Part shown: piece by piece, positions 17,342 to 27,632 of the stretch
How positions within the stretch are numbered: the first letter of the stretch is position 1
How the letters are laid out: every line of letters starts with the position of its first letter
From: Capsulimonadaceae bacterium
GTDB lineage: Bacteria; Armatimonadota; Armatimonadia; Armatimonadales; Capsulimonadaceae
DNA: 64,000 nucleotides
Reading direction: 5' to 3'
NCBI GenBank assembly: GCA_965215505.1
Contig: OZ244065.1
Location: forward strand, 3,200,001 to 3,264,000
Translations under genes and position numbers: made by a program
Notes under the pieces: generated by a model
Databases searched by the model: none
What the model saw: the letters and a program-made list of their open reading frames with translations, nothing else
Told to the model about the DNA's origin: nothing

Positions 17342-20300
17342 CTACTCCGTCCAAACCGCCTGCGGGTTGCCGAGCAGGTGACGCAGATAGTTCACCATGC
17401 CCTCATCCGGCGAGACGGTCAGGTTGGGCTGGACGCGGCGGGTACGCGCGCCGTCGGCGATGTGCAGCAGGAGGCGGCTGCCGCCGGCCGCCTTGTGCTC
17501 GGCCAGTTTACGTTGCAAGGGGCGCATCTTGTCCGCCATGCTCTCGTCCAGCCGGATGTTCAGGCAGGAGAAGGCCGGGCGGGTTTCGCGGACGACGTTT
17601 GCCCCCGATCCCAGCAGCTTCTCCGCCGTGGCGACGGGCGCGATGGCGTCGGCGCTGATCTCGACGCTGGCGAGCGAGCCGGCGTCCTCCTCGCCGCCCC
17701 CGCCGCCCTTGTTGATGCGGTCGCGGTGCGACGTGCGGCCCTTGACGATGACGACGCTGTCCTTCTGCGGCACCTCGGTCAAGGTGGCGGCAGAGCGCGG
17801 GAAGACGCTGACGCTGATCGTGCCGCTCTTATCCTCCAACGTCAGGAAGTACATCAGCTCGTTCTTGCCCTTGGTGTAGTACGGGCGGACGTTGGTCAGG
17901 ACGCCCGCGACGGTCACGTCCTCCTTGTCGCCCAGGCCCCGGCACTCGTCAATCGTGTGCGAGACGTGCGCCTTGACGGCATAAGCGTACTGGTCCAGGG
18001 GGTGGTCGCTGAGGTACAGGCCCAGAAGCTCCTTCTCCATCGCCGTGATCTCGTTCGGCTTCAGCGGCTCGGCGTCGGGCAGGGGCGGGGCGACGTGGGC
18101 CAGGCTCTCCGAGTCCGAGTCGTCGCCGAACATGGAGACCTGGCCGGATTTGCGGTCGCGGGCGACGCTGGCCGCGCTGTGCAATGCCCCTTCCAGCCCG
18201 GCCAGCAGGCGGGCGCGGTTCTTTTCCAGGCTCGCCAAAGCGCCCGCTTTGATCAGCGTCTCCATCGCCCCCTTGCCGGTCAGGCCGAAGGCCATGACGC
18301 GGGCGCAGAAGTCGTGCAAAGACGTAAACGGGCCGTCCGCCTTGCGGGCAGCCAGCACCGCCTCGATGGGGGCCTTGCCGACGTTCTTGATGGCGAGCAG
18401 GCCGAACCGGATGGTCGCGCCGTGTCCGGTGAAGTCGGCATCGCTGTAGTTGACGTCCGGCGGCAGGATCTCGATGCGCTTGCTCTCGCCGTCAATCTCG
18501 ATCACGGTCCGCTTGGCGTCCTCGATGAAGGCGACCAGCTTGTCGGTGTCATCAGCCTGCACCGCCATCAGGGCGGCGAAGTAGTCCACGGGGTAGTTCG
18601 CTTTGAGATACGCCGTCTGGTAGGCCACCAGGGCATAACAGAAGGCGTGGGCCTTGTTGAAGGCATAGCCGGCGAACGGCTCGATCAGGTCGAACAGGTA
18701 GGAGGCCGTCTTCTCGTCCACGATGCCCTTTTTGGCCGCGCCCGCCATGAAGTTCTCGCGCTGCTGGACCATCTCCTTGAGGACCTTCTTCCCCATCGCC
18801 TTGCGTAGAATGTCCGCCTGGCCGAGCGAGAAGCCCGCGATGGCCTGGACGATTCGCAGCACCTGGTCCTGGTAGACGATGACGCCGTAGGTCTCCTTCA
18901 GGATGGGTTCCAAAGCCGGGTGCGGGTACTCGATCTTCTCCATGCCCAGCTTGCAGCGGATGTAGCGCGGGATCTGCGCCATCGGGCCGGGCCGGTACAG
19001 CGCGACCATGGCCGCGACCTCGGCGACGGTGTTCGGCTTCAGTTCGGCGATGTAGCGGCGCATCTGGCCGCCTTCAAGCTGGAAGACGCCGGAGCACTCG
19101 CCGCGTCCCAGCAGGTCGTAGGTTCTCCTATCATCCAGCGGCAGTTTCAGGACGTCTATGTCTCTGTTGTGGCTGCGCTTGACGTTGCGGACGGCGCGGG
19201 CGAGGATGGTCAGGTTCGCCAGGCCCAGGAAGTCCATCTTGATCAGGCCGATCTTCTCCAGCACGTTCGCCGGGTAGCCGGTGACCAGGCCGACACCGTC
19301 ATCGGCCCGCTGCACGGGGATGTTCTCGACCAGAGGCTCGGCGGAGATGACGACGCCCGCCGCGTGGACGCTGTCGTGCCGGGTCAGCCCTTCCAGGCGC
19401 AGGGCGGTGTCTATCAGCTCACGCGCCAGCGTGCTGCCGTTGACGGCGGCTTTGAACTCGGGGTTGACCTCCAAAGCCTTGCTGATCTTCATGCCGACCG
19501 GCAGGGTCGGGATCATCTTGCAGAGCTTGTCCACCTCGGCCATCGGCATCTTGTTCATGGCCCGGCCGCAGTCGCGGATGGCCGCGCGGGCGGCCAGGGT
19601 CCCGAAGGTGACGATCTGGGCGACGTGATCCCGCCCGTACTTCTGGACGACGTAGTCAATGACGTCCTGCCGCCTATGATCCTCGAAGTCCATGTCAATA
19701 TCGGGCATGGACAGCCGCTCGGGGTTCAGGAACCGCTCGAACGTCAGCCCGTATTCCAGGGGGTCAACGTCCGTGATGCCGACGCAGTACGAGGCCATGG
19801 AGCCGGCCGCCGAGCCGCGCACGCCGAAGAAAATCCCCTCGCGCCGGGCGAAGTTTGCGAAGTCTCTAACAATTAAGAAGTACTGGCCGAAGCCGGTCTG
19901 CTCGATGACGTCCAGCTCGAACCGCAGCCGCTCCTCGTGTTCCTCGGTGATGACCGGGTAGCGCGCCCTCATGCCCTCAAACGAAAGCTTGGCGAGGTAC
20001 GACTGCGCGTTCATGTCCTGGGGCGTGTCGCCCGGCGAGGGCATGGCGAGCCGGTCGAACTTCAGGTCCAGGTTGCACCGCTCGGCGATCTCCACCGTCC
20101 GCGCCAGGGCGTCGGGGTAGTTCGGGAAGCGCTGGAGCATCTCGGCCTGGGACTTCATATAGAAGTCCTTGGACCCGTAGTTCATCTTCTTGGGGTCGTC
20201 CATCGTCGTGCCGGTCTGGACACACAGCAGGACCTGATGCGGGTCGGCATCCTGTGCATCCAAATAGTGTACGTCGTTGGTGGCGACGAGCGGGATTTTC

Positions 20301-20902
20301 AGCCGCTGGGCCATCGAGACAATCTCGCGGTTGACGTGGTGCTGCTTGTCCAGCATATGGTCTTGCAGCTCTAAGTAGTACCGGTCCCCGAAGATCTCCC
20401 GAAACTCCTCGGCGGCATACTCCGCCGCCTTGACGTCCCCGTTCATCAGATGGTGCGGCACTTCGGCCCCCAGACACGCCGACAGGCAGATCAGGCCCTC
20501 GTTGTGCGCCTGCAACAGCTCGCGGTCAATGCGCGGCTTGTAATACATGCCCTCCAAAGAGGCCAGCGAGGTCAGTTGCAGCAGGTTCTTGTAGCCCGTC
20601 TCGTTCATCGCCAGCAGGACCAAATGCCGCGAATCATCCAGCTTCTTGTTTTCTTTCTCGTGCCGCGACCGCGTCGCCACATACATTTCGTTCCCGACGA
20701 GCGGTTTGATGCCGGCTTTCTTGCATTTGAGGTAGAATTCCATTGCGCCGTACATGACGCCGTGGTCGGTCAGCCCGATGGCGGGCATGTTCAGGTCCAC
20801 AGCCTTCTTTACCAGGTCGTCAATGCGGCACGCGCCGTCCAGCAGACTGTATTCGGAGTGCAGGTGGAGGTGGACGAAGTTAGACGGGGTGGTGTTCATC
20901 AT
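17342..20902 (-). CDS. dnaE: DNA polymerase III alpha subunit
   Basis: PHP domain [54 protein letters not shown] fold. Confidence 0.98.
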   Translation of the reverse strand: MMNTTPSNFVHLHLHSEYSLLDGACRIDDLVKKAVDLNMPAIGLTDHGVMYGAMEFYLKCKKAGIKPLVGNEMYVATRSRHEKENKKLDDSRHLVLLAMNETGYKNLLQLTSLASLEGMYYKPRIDRELLQAHNEGLICLSACLGAEVPHHLMNGDVKAAEYAAEEFREIFGDRYYLELQDHMLDKQHHVNREIVSMAQRLKIPLVATNDVHYLDAQDADPHQVLLCVQTGTTMDDPKKMNYGSKDFYMKSQAEMLQRFPNYPDALARTVEIAERCNLDLKFDRLAMPSPGDTPQDMNAQSYLAKLSFEGMRARYPVITEEHEERLRFELDVIEQTGFGQYFLIVRDFANFARREGIFFGVRGSAAGSMASYCVGITDVDPLEYGLTFERFLNPERLSMPDIDMDFEDHRRQDVIDYVVQKYGRDHVAQIVTFGTLAARAAIRDCGRAMNKMPMAEVDKLCKMIPTLPVGMKISKALEVNPEFKAAVNGSTLARELIDTALRLEGLTRHDSVHAAGVVISAEPLVENIPVQRADDGVGLVTGYPANVLEKIGLIKMDFLGLANLTILARAVRNVKRSHNRDIDVLKLPLDDRRTYDLLGRGECSGVFQLEGGQMRRYIAELKPNTVAEVAAMVALYRPGPMAQIPRYIRCKLGMEKIEYPHPALEPILKETYGVIVYQDQVLRIVQAIAGFSLGQADILRKAMGKKVLKEMVQQRENFMAGAAKKGIVDEKTASYLFDLIEPFAGYAFNKAHAFCYALVAYQTAYLKANYPVDYFAALMAVQADDTDKLVAFIEDAKRTVIEIDGESKRIEILPPDVNYSDADFTGHGATIRFGLLAIKNVGKAPIEAVLAARKADGPFTSLHDFCARVMAFGLTGKGAMETLIKAGALASLEKNRARLLAGLEGALHSAASVARDRKSGQVSMFGDDSDSESLAHVAPPLPDAEPLKPNEITAMEKELLGLYLSDHPLDQYAYAVKAHVSHTIDECRGLGDKEDVTVAGVLTNVRPYYTKGKNELMYFLTLEDKSGTISVSVFPRSAATLTEVPQKDSVVIVKGRTSHRDRINKGGGGGEEDAGSLASVEISADAIAPVATAEKLLGSGANVVRETRPAFSCLNIRLDESMADKMRPLQRKLAEHKAAGGSRLLLHIADGARTRRVQPNLTVSPDEGMVNYLRHLLGNPQAVWTE

Positions 20903-20980
20903 GATTGCGCGCGTGTTCCTTGAGGTATAACTGAACGGGTTCTTTGATACTTGCTGTCAGACGCCGTTACCTGCTGTGTG

Positions 20981-21067
20981 CTACTAGATATTGATGGCGG
21001 CTAACGGAGAAATCTAGATGTTGGGGTAAACTGACCCTATTCTAGCAGAAGCGCGGCGATTTGGCAA
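20981..21067 (-). promoter_or_regulatory. dnaE promoter (TTGCCA-N17-TAGAAT) followed by tandem NrdR-box-like sites
   Basis: CTACTAGATATTGATG (20981-20996) and AATCTAGATGTTGGGG (21011-21026). Confidence 0.55.
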
Positions 21068-21390
21068 GGGCGATCTTGACGGGAGAGGCCGAAGAGGAGA
21101 AGCCGAGTGGTTGAAAACCGCTCGCTAGGACAAGCGTCCTGCGGACGTGGGCTAGGGGGCGGCAGAACTGGTACAGACGGCGAATGTGGGCGGCTCACAC
21201 AGAAAGGCTCCCCGCCTTACCCTCTGTCCGAAGGACACCTATCCTAGCGGGTGGTTTTCAACCACTCGGGTGCCCTCGCCGCTAAACAGGCCAAATGCGC
21301 CATCCAATGTGCCACAAACGCGCCATCGTGGCCCATTACGTTCTTCTACTGCCCGCAAAGGCTTCCGTATGAAGCCTCAACCCATAGCCT

Positions 21391-22047
21391 GTGTCTAACG
21401 AATCAAAAACCACACAACCGGACGTACCCGCGCCTTCCTGGGCGACGGTGACGAAGCCGACCGCTCCCACCGAGGAGGACGCGGACGCGGCCCTGGTCGG
21501 GCGCTGCCGCAATGGGGACGCCGGTGCCTACGGGTCCCTCGTCGCCCGGCACGACAAGCGCGTCTATGCCCTGGTCGCCCGCGTGCTGGGGCCGGGGGCG
21601 ACGGCGGACGACGTGGACGATGTGGCGCAGGACGTGTTCGTCCAGGCCTGGCGGGCATTGCCGAAGTTCCGGCAGGACGCGCGCTTCTCCACCTGGCTGT
21701 ACCGGATCGCCACCAACATGGCGATCAAGGAGTGGCACCGGATCAAGCGGCGGGCGGCGGCGGTCTATGAGGAAGAGCTGCCCGCGACGGTGCGCGAGGC
21801 CCTGGCCGAGAGGACGCCGGGACCCGCAGACCTCGCCGAGCAGAAGGCGCGCGACATGGCTCTGCGGGCGGCGATTGACCGGCTGCCGGAGAAGCAGCGG
21901 ACGGTGATCCTGCTGCATTATTTTGAAGACTACACCTGCGAGGACATCGCGGCATTTCTAGGCTGTTCCACCGGCACGGTCTGGTCGCGCCTGCACTACG
22001 GCTGCCGCAAGCTGCGCCAGTCGGTGGGCTGGCTGGGGGAAACATAG
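21391..22047 (+). CDS. ECF sigma-70 factor
   Basis: DDVAQDVFVQAW, FSTWLYRIATN, region 4 CEDIAAFLGCSTGTVWSRL. Confidence 0.93.
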   Translation: MSNESKTTQPDVPAPSWATVTKPTAPTEEDADAALVGRCRNGDAGAYGSLVARHDKRVYALVARVLGPGATADDVDDVAQDVFVQAWRALPKFRQDARFSTWLYRIATNMAIKEWHRIKRRAAAVYEEELPATVREALAERTPGPADLAEQKARDMALRAAIDRLPEKQRTVILLHYFEDYTCEDIAAFLGCSTGTVWSRLHYGCRKLRQSVGWLGET

Positions 22048-22064
22048 GGCTTCTGCTCAATCGC

Positions 22065-23501
22065 ATGCTGAACCGGAACACACAATACTCTGAATGGCTC
22101 CTGCCGTACCTGGAAGGCGGGCTGGAGGAGGCGCAGCGGGCATTTCTCGAAGCGCGCCTGGCCCAAGACCCCGCGCTCGCCGAGGAGGCCCGGCGGCTCG
22201 CGCGGACCCTAGGCGGCCTGCGCGGCGTGGCCGCGCGCGCGCCGCGCCCCGACAACGCGCAGGTGCCCGCCGACCTGTGGCCGCACCTGCGCGCGCGTCT
22301 GGTGCTGGACCCCGCACCCCCCAGCCCGCGCCCCCGCGCCTGGTGGGTGGCGGGCGTCGGCGCTCCCGCCGCGGCCGCCCTGATCGTCGCGGCCTTCTGG
22401 CTGCCCGGCTGGCACACCCCGCCCCTGCCGCCGTCCGCCCCCAGGCAGGCGGCGACCCCAAGGCCGACGGCTGCTCCCAGGCCGGTGACTGTGCCGAAGG
22501 CTCCGGCCACGTCCCCGGCAGCGCCCGCCGCGCCAAAGTCTTCCGTGCCGCCGCCCACGCTGACCACGCCCGGCCCGCTCGCGAAGCCGGCGGCCAAAGT
22601 GGGGACGGCGAAGCCTAACACGGTCGCCTCGAACGCCGCGCCCGCCGCGCCGCCCGCGTCCCCCTTTGATCTGCCCGTGCCCGCCCCGCCCGTGGCGCGG
22701 GCGGCGAACAGCGCATCTAAGCCGCAAATCGTGCCCACAGCCGTTCCCGCCCCGCCGGTCGCCGGTGCAATCCAAGCGCCTCACCCGCCCGCCGCCCCTG
22801 CGCCCCCGCCGCCCGCGATGGCACCGACCCCGGCCCCCACGCCGCAGAAGCCGGCACCGGCGGCGATGGCACCGACGACCGCCCAGGCCCGCCCCGTCCC
22901 CACCCCGGATGCCATCGCGCCCGCCGTCGCGGCAGGGGCGACGGGCGTGGCGGGTGCCGCCGGTGCGGCCCCCAAAGGAGTCAAGGGCGGCCCGCCCGGC
23001 GACGCCCGCCGCAGCGCCAAGGCACAGCCGAATGCCATGCGGTTCGCCGCGCCCCCCGCCGAGACAAGCCCGGCCTTCGTCCCGGACGGGTTGGACTCCT
23101 GGCAGGCCTCGCTGTCCGCCGCCGTCCGCTCCCCGCTCTTGGGCGAGAACGAGGGCGAGGCCCAGGCCAACCAGGCCTTGATGTCCGCCCGCGAGTCGGG
23201 GATGCTGGACGACCTGCGCGCCCGCCTGGAAGCGCGGCGGACCGAGTCGCCCCACGACGTGGTGACGGGCCGGATGCTGGCCGCCGTCTACGAGTTCGGC
23301 TTCTCCAAGGAGGCCGCCCTGCGCGAGCGCCGCCGCGTCTCCGGCCTGGAAGGGGCCGTCGGGGAAGACTGGTACGCCCTGGCGCAGGCCGAAGAGCGCG
23401 CGGGCAGCGGGACGGCGGCGCGGGCCGCCTACCGACGCGCGCTGGAGTCGCCTGTCCCCCCGTCCCCGTTCCACGCGGCCATCGCGCGGGGTAAGGCGTG
23501 A
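22065..23501 (+). CDS. Anti-sigma factor: N-terminal ASD-like domain, TM helix, Pro/Ala-rich linker, TPR-like C-terminus
   Basis: LLPYLEGGLEEAQRAFLEARL, TM helix, low-complexity linker; directly after the ECF gene. Confidence 0.7.
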   Translation: MLNRNTQYSEWLLPYLEGGLEEAQRAFLEARLAQDPALAEEARRLARTLGGLRGVAARAPRPDNAQVPADLWPHLRARLVLDPAPPSPRPRAWWVAGVGAPAAAALIVAAFWLPGWHTPPLPPSAPRQAATPRPTAAPRPVTVPKAPATSPAAPAAPKSSVPPPTLTTPGPLAKPAAKVGTAKPNTVASNAAPAAPPASPFDLPVPAPPVARAANSASKPQIVPTAVPAPPVAGAIQAPHPPAAPAPPPPAMAPTPAPTPQKPAPAAMAPTTAQARPVPTPDAIAPAVAAGATGVAGAAGAAPKGVKGGPPGDARRSAKAQPNAMRFAAPPAETSPAFVPDGLDSWQASLSAAVRSPLLGENEGEAQANQALMSARESGMLDDLRARLEARRTESPHDVVTGRMLAAVYEFGFSKEAALRERRRVSGLEGAVGEDWYALAQAEERAGSGTAARAAYRRALESPVPPSPFHAAIARGKA

Positions 23502-23524
23502 CCCCGCCCTGGGCGGCCGCGCCC

Positions 23525-23554
23525 TTGACAACCGGCCCGGTTTTCTTCTACAAT
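23525..23554 (+). promoter_or_regulatory. Sigma70 promoter TTGACA-N18-TACAAT, probably giving a leaderless transcript
   Basis: The -10 ends 8 nt before ATG 23563; no RBS. Confidence 0.7.
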
Positions 23555-23562
23555 CACTAGAC

Positions 23563-24663
23563 ATGCTTAACCCAACGCCTGACACCCCCCTGCGCTTCGC
23601 CATCGTCGGCTGCGGCACCATCGCCCCCACTCATGCGGAGGCGCTGACTGCCCTGAAGGACCAGGGCGCGTCGCTGGTGGCCTGCTGCGACTCGGTCGCG
23701 GAGCGGGCGGGGGCGCTGGCCGCACGGTTCGGGCTGGACGTGGCCGAGTTCGACGACCTGCTGGCCGACCCCTCCATTGACGCCGTCTGCATCTGCGCGC
23801 CGAGCGGGATGCACGCGGACCTGGGCGCGCGCGCCCTGAGCGCGGGCAAGCACGTCGTGGTCGAGAAGCCGATGGACATCAGCCTCGCCGCCTGCGACCG
23901 GCTTCTGGCCGCACAGCGGGCGTCGGGGAAGCGGCTGGCCGTCATCTCCCAGCACCGTTTTGATCGGGCCAGCATCGAAGTGAAAGCCGCCCTCGACGGC
24001 GGCGCGCTGGGCCGGATGGTCTACGCCGAGGCGCGCGTTCCCTGGTATCGGACGCAGGACTATTACGACTCGGGCGACTGGCGCGGGACCTGGGCCTTGG
24101 ACGGCGGCGGTGCCCTGATGAACCAGGGCGTCCACACCGCCGACCTCCTGCGCTGGCTGGGCGGGCCGGTCGAGACGGTCTACGCACAGTCGCGGACGCT
24201 GGCGCACGAGCGCATCGAGGTGGAAGACGTGATCGCTGCGACCGTGACCTTCGCCAACGGTTCCATCGCGACCCTGTCCGCGTCCACCGCCCTCTACCCC
24301 GGCTTCCCGGTCCGGCTGTCCGTGCATGGGACGGAGGGCAGCGCGATCATCGAGGGCGACATGCTGCACACTTTGACGACGAAAGCCGGTGCGTCCGGCG
24401 GCGGACAGGCCGCCCACGCCCACGCCCTCCAGGTGGCGACGGGCGGCACGAAGGCCGCCGCCGCTCAGGCCGAGTCTTTGACGGCCGCCTCCGACCCCGC
24501 CGCCGTCTGGGGCGAGGCGCACCGGGCGCAGTTCGCGGACTTTTTGCACTGCTGCCGGACCGGCGAGACCCCAATCGTAGACGGCGCTGAGGGCCGCAAG
24601 GCCGTGGAACTGGTGCTGGCCGTCTATGAGTCGGCCCGCACCGGCCAGGTCGTCAGGCTATAG
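23563..24663 (+). CDS. Gfo/Idh/MocA oxidoreductase
   Basis: IVGCGTIA, GKHVVVEKP, DGGGALMNQGVH. Confidence 0.93.
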   Translation: MLNPTPDTPLRFAIVGCGTIAPTHAEALTALKDQGASLVACCDSVAERAGALAARFGLDVAEFDDLLADPSIDAVCICAPSGMHADLGARALSAGKHVVVEKPMDISLAACDRLLAAQRASGKRLAVISQHRFDRASIEVKAALDGGALGRMVYAEARVPWYRTQDYYDSGDWRGTWALDGGGALMNQGVHTADLLRWLGGPVETVYAQSRTLAHERIEVEDVIAATVTFANGSIATLSASTALYPGFPVRLSVHGTEGSAIIEGDMLHTLTTKAGASGGGQAAHAHALQVATGGTKAAAAQAESLTAASDPAAVWGEAHRAQFADFLHCCRTGETPIVDGAEGRKAVELVLAVYESARTGQVVRL

Positions 24664-24667
24664 CACT

Positions 24668-25219
24668 ATGATACTGGTCGGCATTGACCCCGGCACGGCG
24701 ACGACCGGCTACGGGGTGATCGAGAAGCGCGGCGACCGGGTCTCCTTCCTGGCCTGCGGCATCATCGCAACGCCGCCCGACGAGGACGCCCCGGCACGGC
24801 TGCTCATGATCTACGACCAGTTCAACGCCCTGCTGGACCGGTACAAGCCCGAGGCGGTGGCGACGGAGCGGCTGTTTTTCACCAACAACGTCACGACCGG
24901 CATCCCCGTGGGCCGCGCCCTGGGCGTCATCCTGCTGACGCTGGCCCAGCGCGGCCTGCCGTGGACGGAGTACACGCCGACGCAGGTGAAGAGCGCCATC
25001 GTCGGGACCGGGCGGGCCGAGAAGAAGCAGATCCAGTTCATGGTGACCCGGCTGCTGGGGCTGACCGAGGTGCCGAAGCCCGACGACGCCGCCGACGCCT
25101 TGGCCATCGCCATCTGCCACGCCCACTCGGCCCGGCTCGGCGCATTGGCTGCCACCAACGATGTGGATGCGGCCCCGGCGCGGGCGGCGTCAGGGGTGAG
25201 GCGCGGGGTACGGGGATGA
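24668..25219 (+). CDS. ruvC: Holliday junction resolvase RuvC
   Basis: GIDPG, ERLFF, EYTPTQVK, GRAEKKQ, DDAADALAIA. Confidence 0.96.
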   Translation: MILVGIDPGTATTGYGVIEKRGDRVSFLACGIIATPPDEDAPARLLMIYDQFNALLDRYKPEAVATERLFFTNNVTTGIPVGRALGVILLTLAQRGLPWTEYTPTQVKSAIVGTGRAEKKQIQFMVTRLLGLTEVPKPDDAADALAIAICHAHSARLGALAATNDVDAAPARAASGVRRGVRG

Positions 25220-25370
25220 CCTACCCCTGCCGCAAGCGGCGACCCCTCCCTGTTAGGGAAGGGTGAGGACAAGTCAGTAGGCGCTCTCGGGTACAAAGTG
25301 ACAGACCGATGACATCTACTTTTACCCTTCCCTAAAAGGGAGGGGTCGCGACTTGTCGCGGGGGTAGGTC
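25220..25370. repeat. REP-like inverted doublet (CCCCTCCC...GGGAGGGG family)
   Basis: CCTACCCCTGCCGCAAGCGGCGACCCCTCCCT ... AGGGAGGGGTCGCGACTTGTCGCGGGGGTAGG; relative at 41043-41230. Confidence 0.7.
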
Positions 25371-25391
25371 CTGACAGGAGAAATGTAAGGA

Positions 25392-25991
25392 ATGGCCGGA
25401 ACAGTAGTAGCGGTGTTTGACGACAACGCCCAGGCGGAGCGGGCGGCCCAGGCCCTGATTGATGACGGGGTGCCGCTGGCCGACATCACCCTCGTCTTCC
25501 ACGGCGCGGCGGGCGCATCGGGGACCTCGGATGCCCTCAGCGGGCCGGACACGGAGACATTGGCGACCGGCGTCCGCGAGATGGAGGAACACGACGTCGA
25601 GCGGCCCAACAACGCCGCCGACGAGATCGCCCCGCGCGCCATCGTCGGGTTCGTCATCGGTGCCCCGCTCGGGTCGCTCGCCGCCTCCCTCCTGGTCTTC
25701 TTCGAGAGCCTGGAGCCGTTTATCGCCGCCCACGCCCTCGCCTGGCAGCTCGTCGCTGCCGTCGGCGGCGGCATCCTCGGCGCGCTCTGGGGCGCGGTGA
25801 CGGCCGGCGGCATCCCCAAGGAGGCCGCGCGCGGCTACCATTCCGACGTCCAGAAGGGCCGCACCCTCGTCACCGCCCTGGCGTCGAGCCGCAACGCCCC
25901 CCACTTCCAGGACATCCTGCGCGGGCAGGGCGGGCGCAAGCTGGGCTTCTTCCCCCGCTTCCTGGACAGCATCCAGAGCATCGAGTCTTGA
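25392..25991 (+). CDS. General stress protein-like membrane protein
   Basis: MAGTVVAVFDD, two TM helices, GIPKEAARGY...GRTLV. Confidence 0.75.
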   Translation: MAGTVVAVFDDNAQAERAAQALIDDGVPLADITLVFHGAAGASGTSDALSGPDTETLATGVREMEEHDVERPNNAADEIAPRAIVGFVIGAPLGSLAASLLVFFESLEPFIAAHALAWQLVAAVGGGILGALWGAVTAGGIPKEAARGYHSDVQKGRTLVTALASSRNAPHFQDILRGQGGRKLGFFPRFLDSIQSIES

Positions 25992-26515
25992 CGGGGGCGG
26001 CACAAGAAGAGGGGCCGGAAGAGGAGCCGGCCGGCGCAGGCGAGGTCCTCGGCGACCCCAAGCCCGCCCCCGCCGTCGCGCAGACCACCGAGGAGGCCGT
26101 GAATCTGGTCCTGACCCACCTGGAGCGCCAGGCGGGCCGCTCCGACGCGGGCGCGGCCTACGAGGGCCTGCTGCTCGTCCCCGACCTGCCCCTGGATGCG
26201 CTTGGCGAACTCGGCCCGCTCACCCGCCTGGACGACGGGGCGGTCAAAGACGCCCTCCCGTCCCTGCTGCTCGAAACCGGCGGCGGTCAGGCCCAGATCG
26301 AGTTCTGCCCCTTCGGCCCCCTCGCCCTCGTCTCCTCCGACGGGGCGGCCGACACCGACCCCATCGCCCAGACACTCCACGCCGCCGGCCTGTTCCCCCT
26401 CTTCCCCGCCGACCTCGACGGCGCGGGGTCATGGCACGGCCACCCCCTCGCCCGCTGGCTCTTCCCCACCCGCCTCAGCCAGGCGCTGGCACTGTTCGAG
26501 ACGCTGCGGGGCTGA
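25988..26515 (+). CDS. Hypothetical protein
   Basis: ORF overlapping the upstream stop, host-like codon usage. Confidence 0.55.
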   Translation: MTGAAQEEGPEEEPAGAGEVLGDPKPAPAVAQTTEEAVNLVLTHLERQAGRSDAGAAYEGLLLVPDLPLDALGELGPLTRLDDGAVKDALPSLLLETGGGQAQIEFCPFGPLALVSSDGAADTDPIAQTLHAAGLFPLFPADLDGAGSWHGHPLARWLFPTRLSQALALFETLRG

Positions 26516-26519
26516 CATC

Positions 26520-26693
26520 ATGCACACTCCCGACGAAAGCCCACCCGAGCCGGACGAAGCGGACGCCCTCGAAGCGGACCCACTGTTGTTGTCGGCCGGC
26601 AGTCTCCGCGATGATCCCTTCTGGGACGAGATGATGGACTCCATCCGCCGCCACCGCCGCGAGATGGACGCGCAGTGGGATGTACCGGATTGA
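26520..26693 (+). CDS. Small acidic protein resembling C-terminal part of antitoxin-like proteins
   Basis: DPLLLSAGSLRDDPFWDEMMDSIRRHRREMD. Confidence 0.5.
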   Translation: MHTPDESPPEPDEADALEADPLLLSAGSLRDDPFWDEMMDSIRRHRREMDAQWDVPD

Positions 26694-26720
26694 CCAGACA
26701 AGAACCACAGACAACAAAGG

Positions 26721-26802
26721 AGGGCGGGGACAAGCCCCGCCCCTACATCAGCATCACCTCGGAATATGGGCATATCGTAGGGGTAGGGCTTGTCCCTACC
26801 CT
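26721..26802. repeat. GTAG REP doublet
   Basis: AGGGCGGGGACAAGCCCCGCCCCTAC and GTAGGGGTAGGGCTTGTCCCTACCCT. Confidence 0.75.
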
Positions 26803-26853
26803 CTTTCTTGACCCTCCTTCTTGTTCTCGGAGCCTGTAACCTAGAGCCTTTCA

Positions 26854-27591
26854 TCAGGCCAGCGCAAGCGCCTCCTCATGGGCCGCGCTCGCAGACAGCT
26901 TCGAGTGCCATTCGGAGAGCATGTCATAGTTGAGGAACTTGACTGCATTCCGAATAGACTCAAACGCAGTAGTGTTCACCTTCTTCTCGAACTCCCCTTT
27001 TCGCGCCTCATCCGCCACAATCCAGAACTCGACCCGGAAGTCTTGGAATTCAACGAATTTCAGCAGGGAGTTGTAAATATCGGTGGAATGCTCCACTTCA
27101 AAGAGGGCCTGCGGGAAGCGGCGGGCGTTGAACCACGAGACATCTACTGTTTTGGCTCTCCCCATGATCTCGCTGAACGTGAAGTCATACGGCTGCGGCA
27201 ATGTGGCGACCTCGGACAGCTTGCGCGTTAGAAACGACTTGTTCTTGTCTTGCGCGGGTACGAAGGTTTCGTAGCGTTTCAGATTGCCGATCTCGACAAG
27301 CAGCCCCTGGTAGTAGCTGTGGCTGTACTCCTCAACCTTCTCAGGCGCGGCATACTGCGGCAGAGCCAGTTGAAGCCCGAGCGCGTCCCGCTGTGCTTCC
27401 AGTCCCCACAGTCCAGGACGGATGCGGAAGATGCCGGGCGTCTCCTGCACGATGCGCCGGATGCTGGCGAAGGGCGTCAAAGAATTAGACTGCCATTCAG
27501 GCATCTTGGTAACAACGTGGTACAGATGCCCCAATGTCGCGAAACCGCCGTTCTGTGCCATCGCCAACTGCACGACTTCATGCTGCTTCAT
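26854..27591 (-). CDS. Putative PD-(D/E)xK endonuclease with N-terminal wHTH-like domain
   Basis: TPFASIRRIVQ, HSYYQGLLVEIG, TVDVSW, FEVEHSTDI; lower GC; follows the methylase. Confidence 0.7.
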   Translation of the reverse strand: MKQHEVVQLAMAQNGGFATLGHLYHVVTKMPEWQSNSLTPFASIRRIVQETPGIFRIRPGLWGLEAQRDALGLQLALPQYAAPEKVEEYSHSYYQGLLVEIGNLKRYETFVPAQDKNKSFLTRKLSEVATLPQPYDFTFSEIMGRAKTVDVSWFNARRFPQALFEVEHSTDIYNSLLKFVEFQDFRVEFWIVADEARKGEFEKKVNTTAFESIRNAVKFLNYDMLSEWHSKLSASAAHEEALALA

Positions 27592-27632
27592 AGGGAGCAG
27601 TTAGATCAATCAGGCTCTCATTCCTGCTTTTA

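Noticed and set aside
17342-20902. Intein or split in dnaE
   Set aside because: The sequence is continuous and of normal length with no splicing motifs.
22400-23060. Pro/Ala-rich region as a novel repeat system
   Set aside because: Ordinary low-complexity linker in an anti-sigma factor, with no regular nucleotide period.
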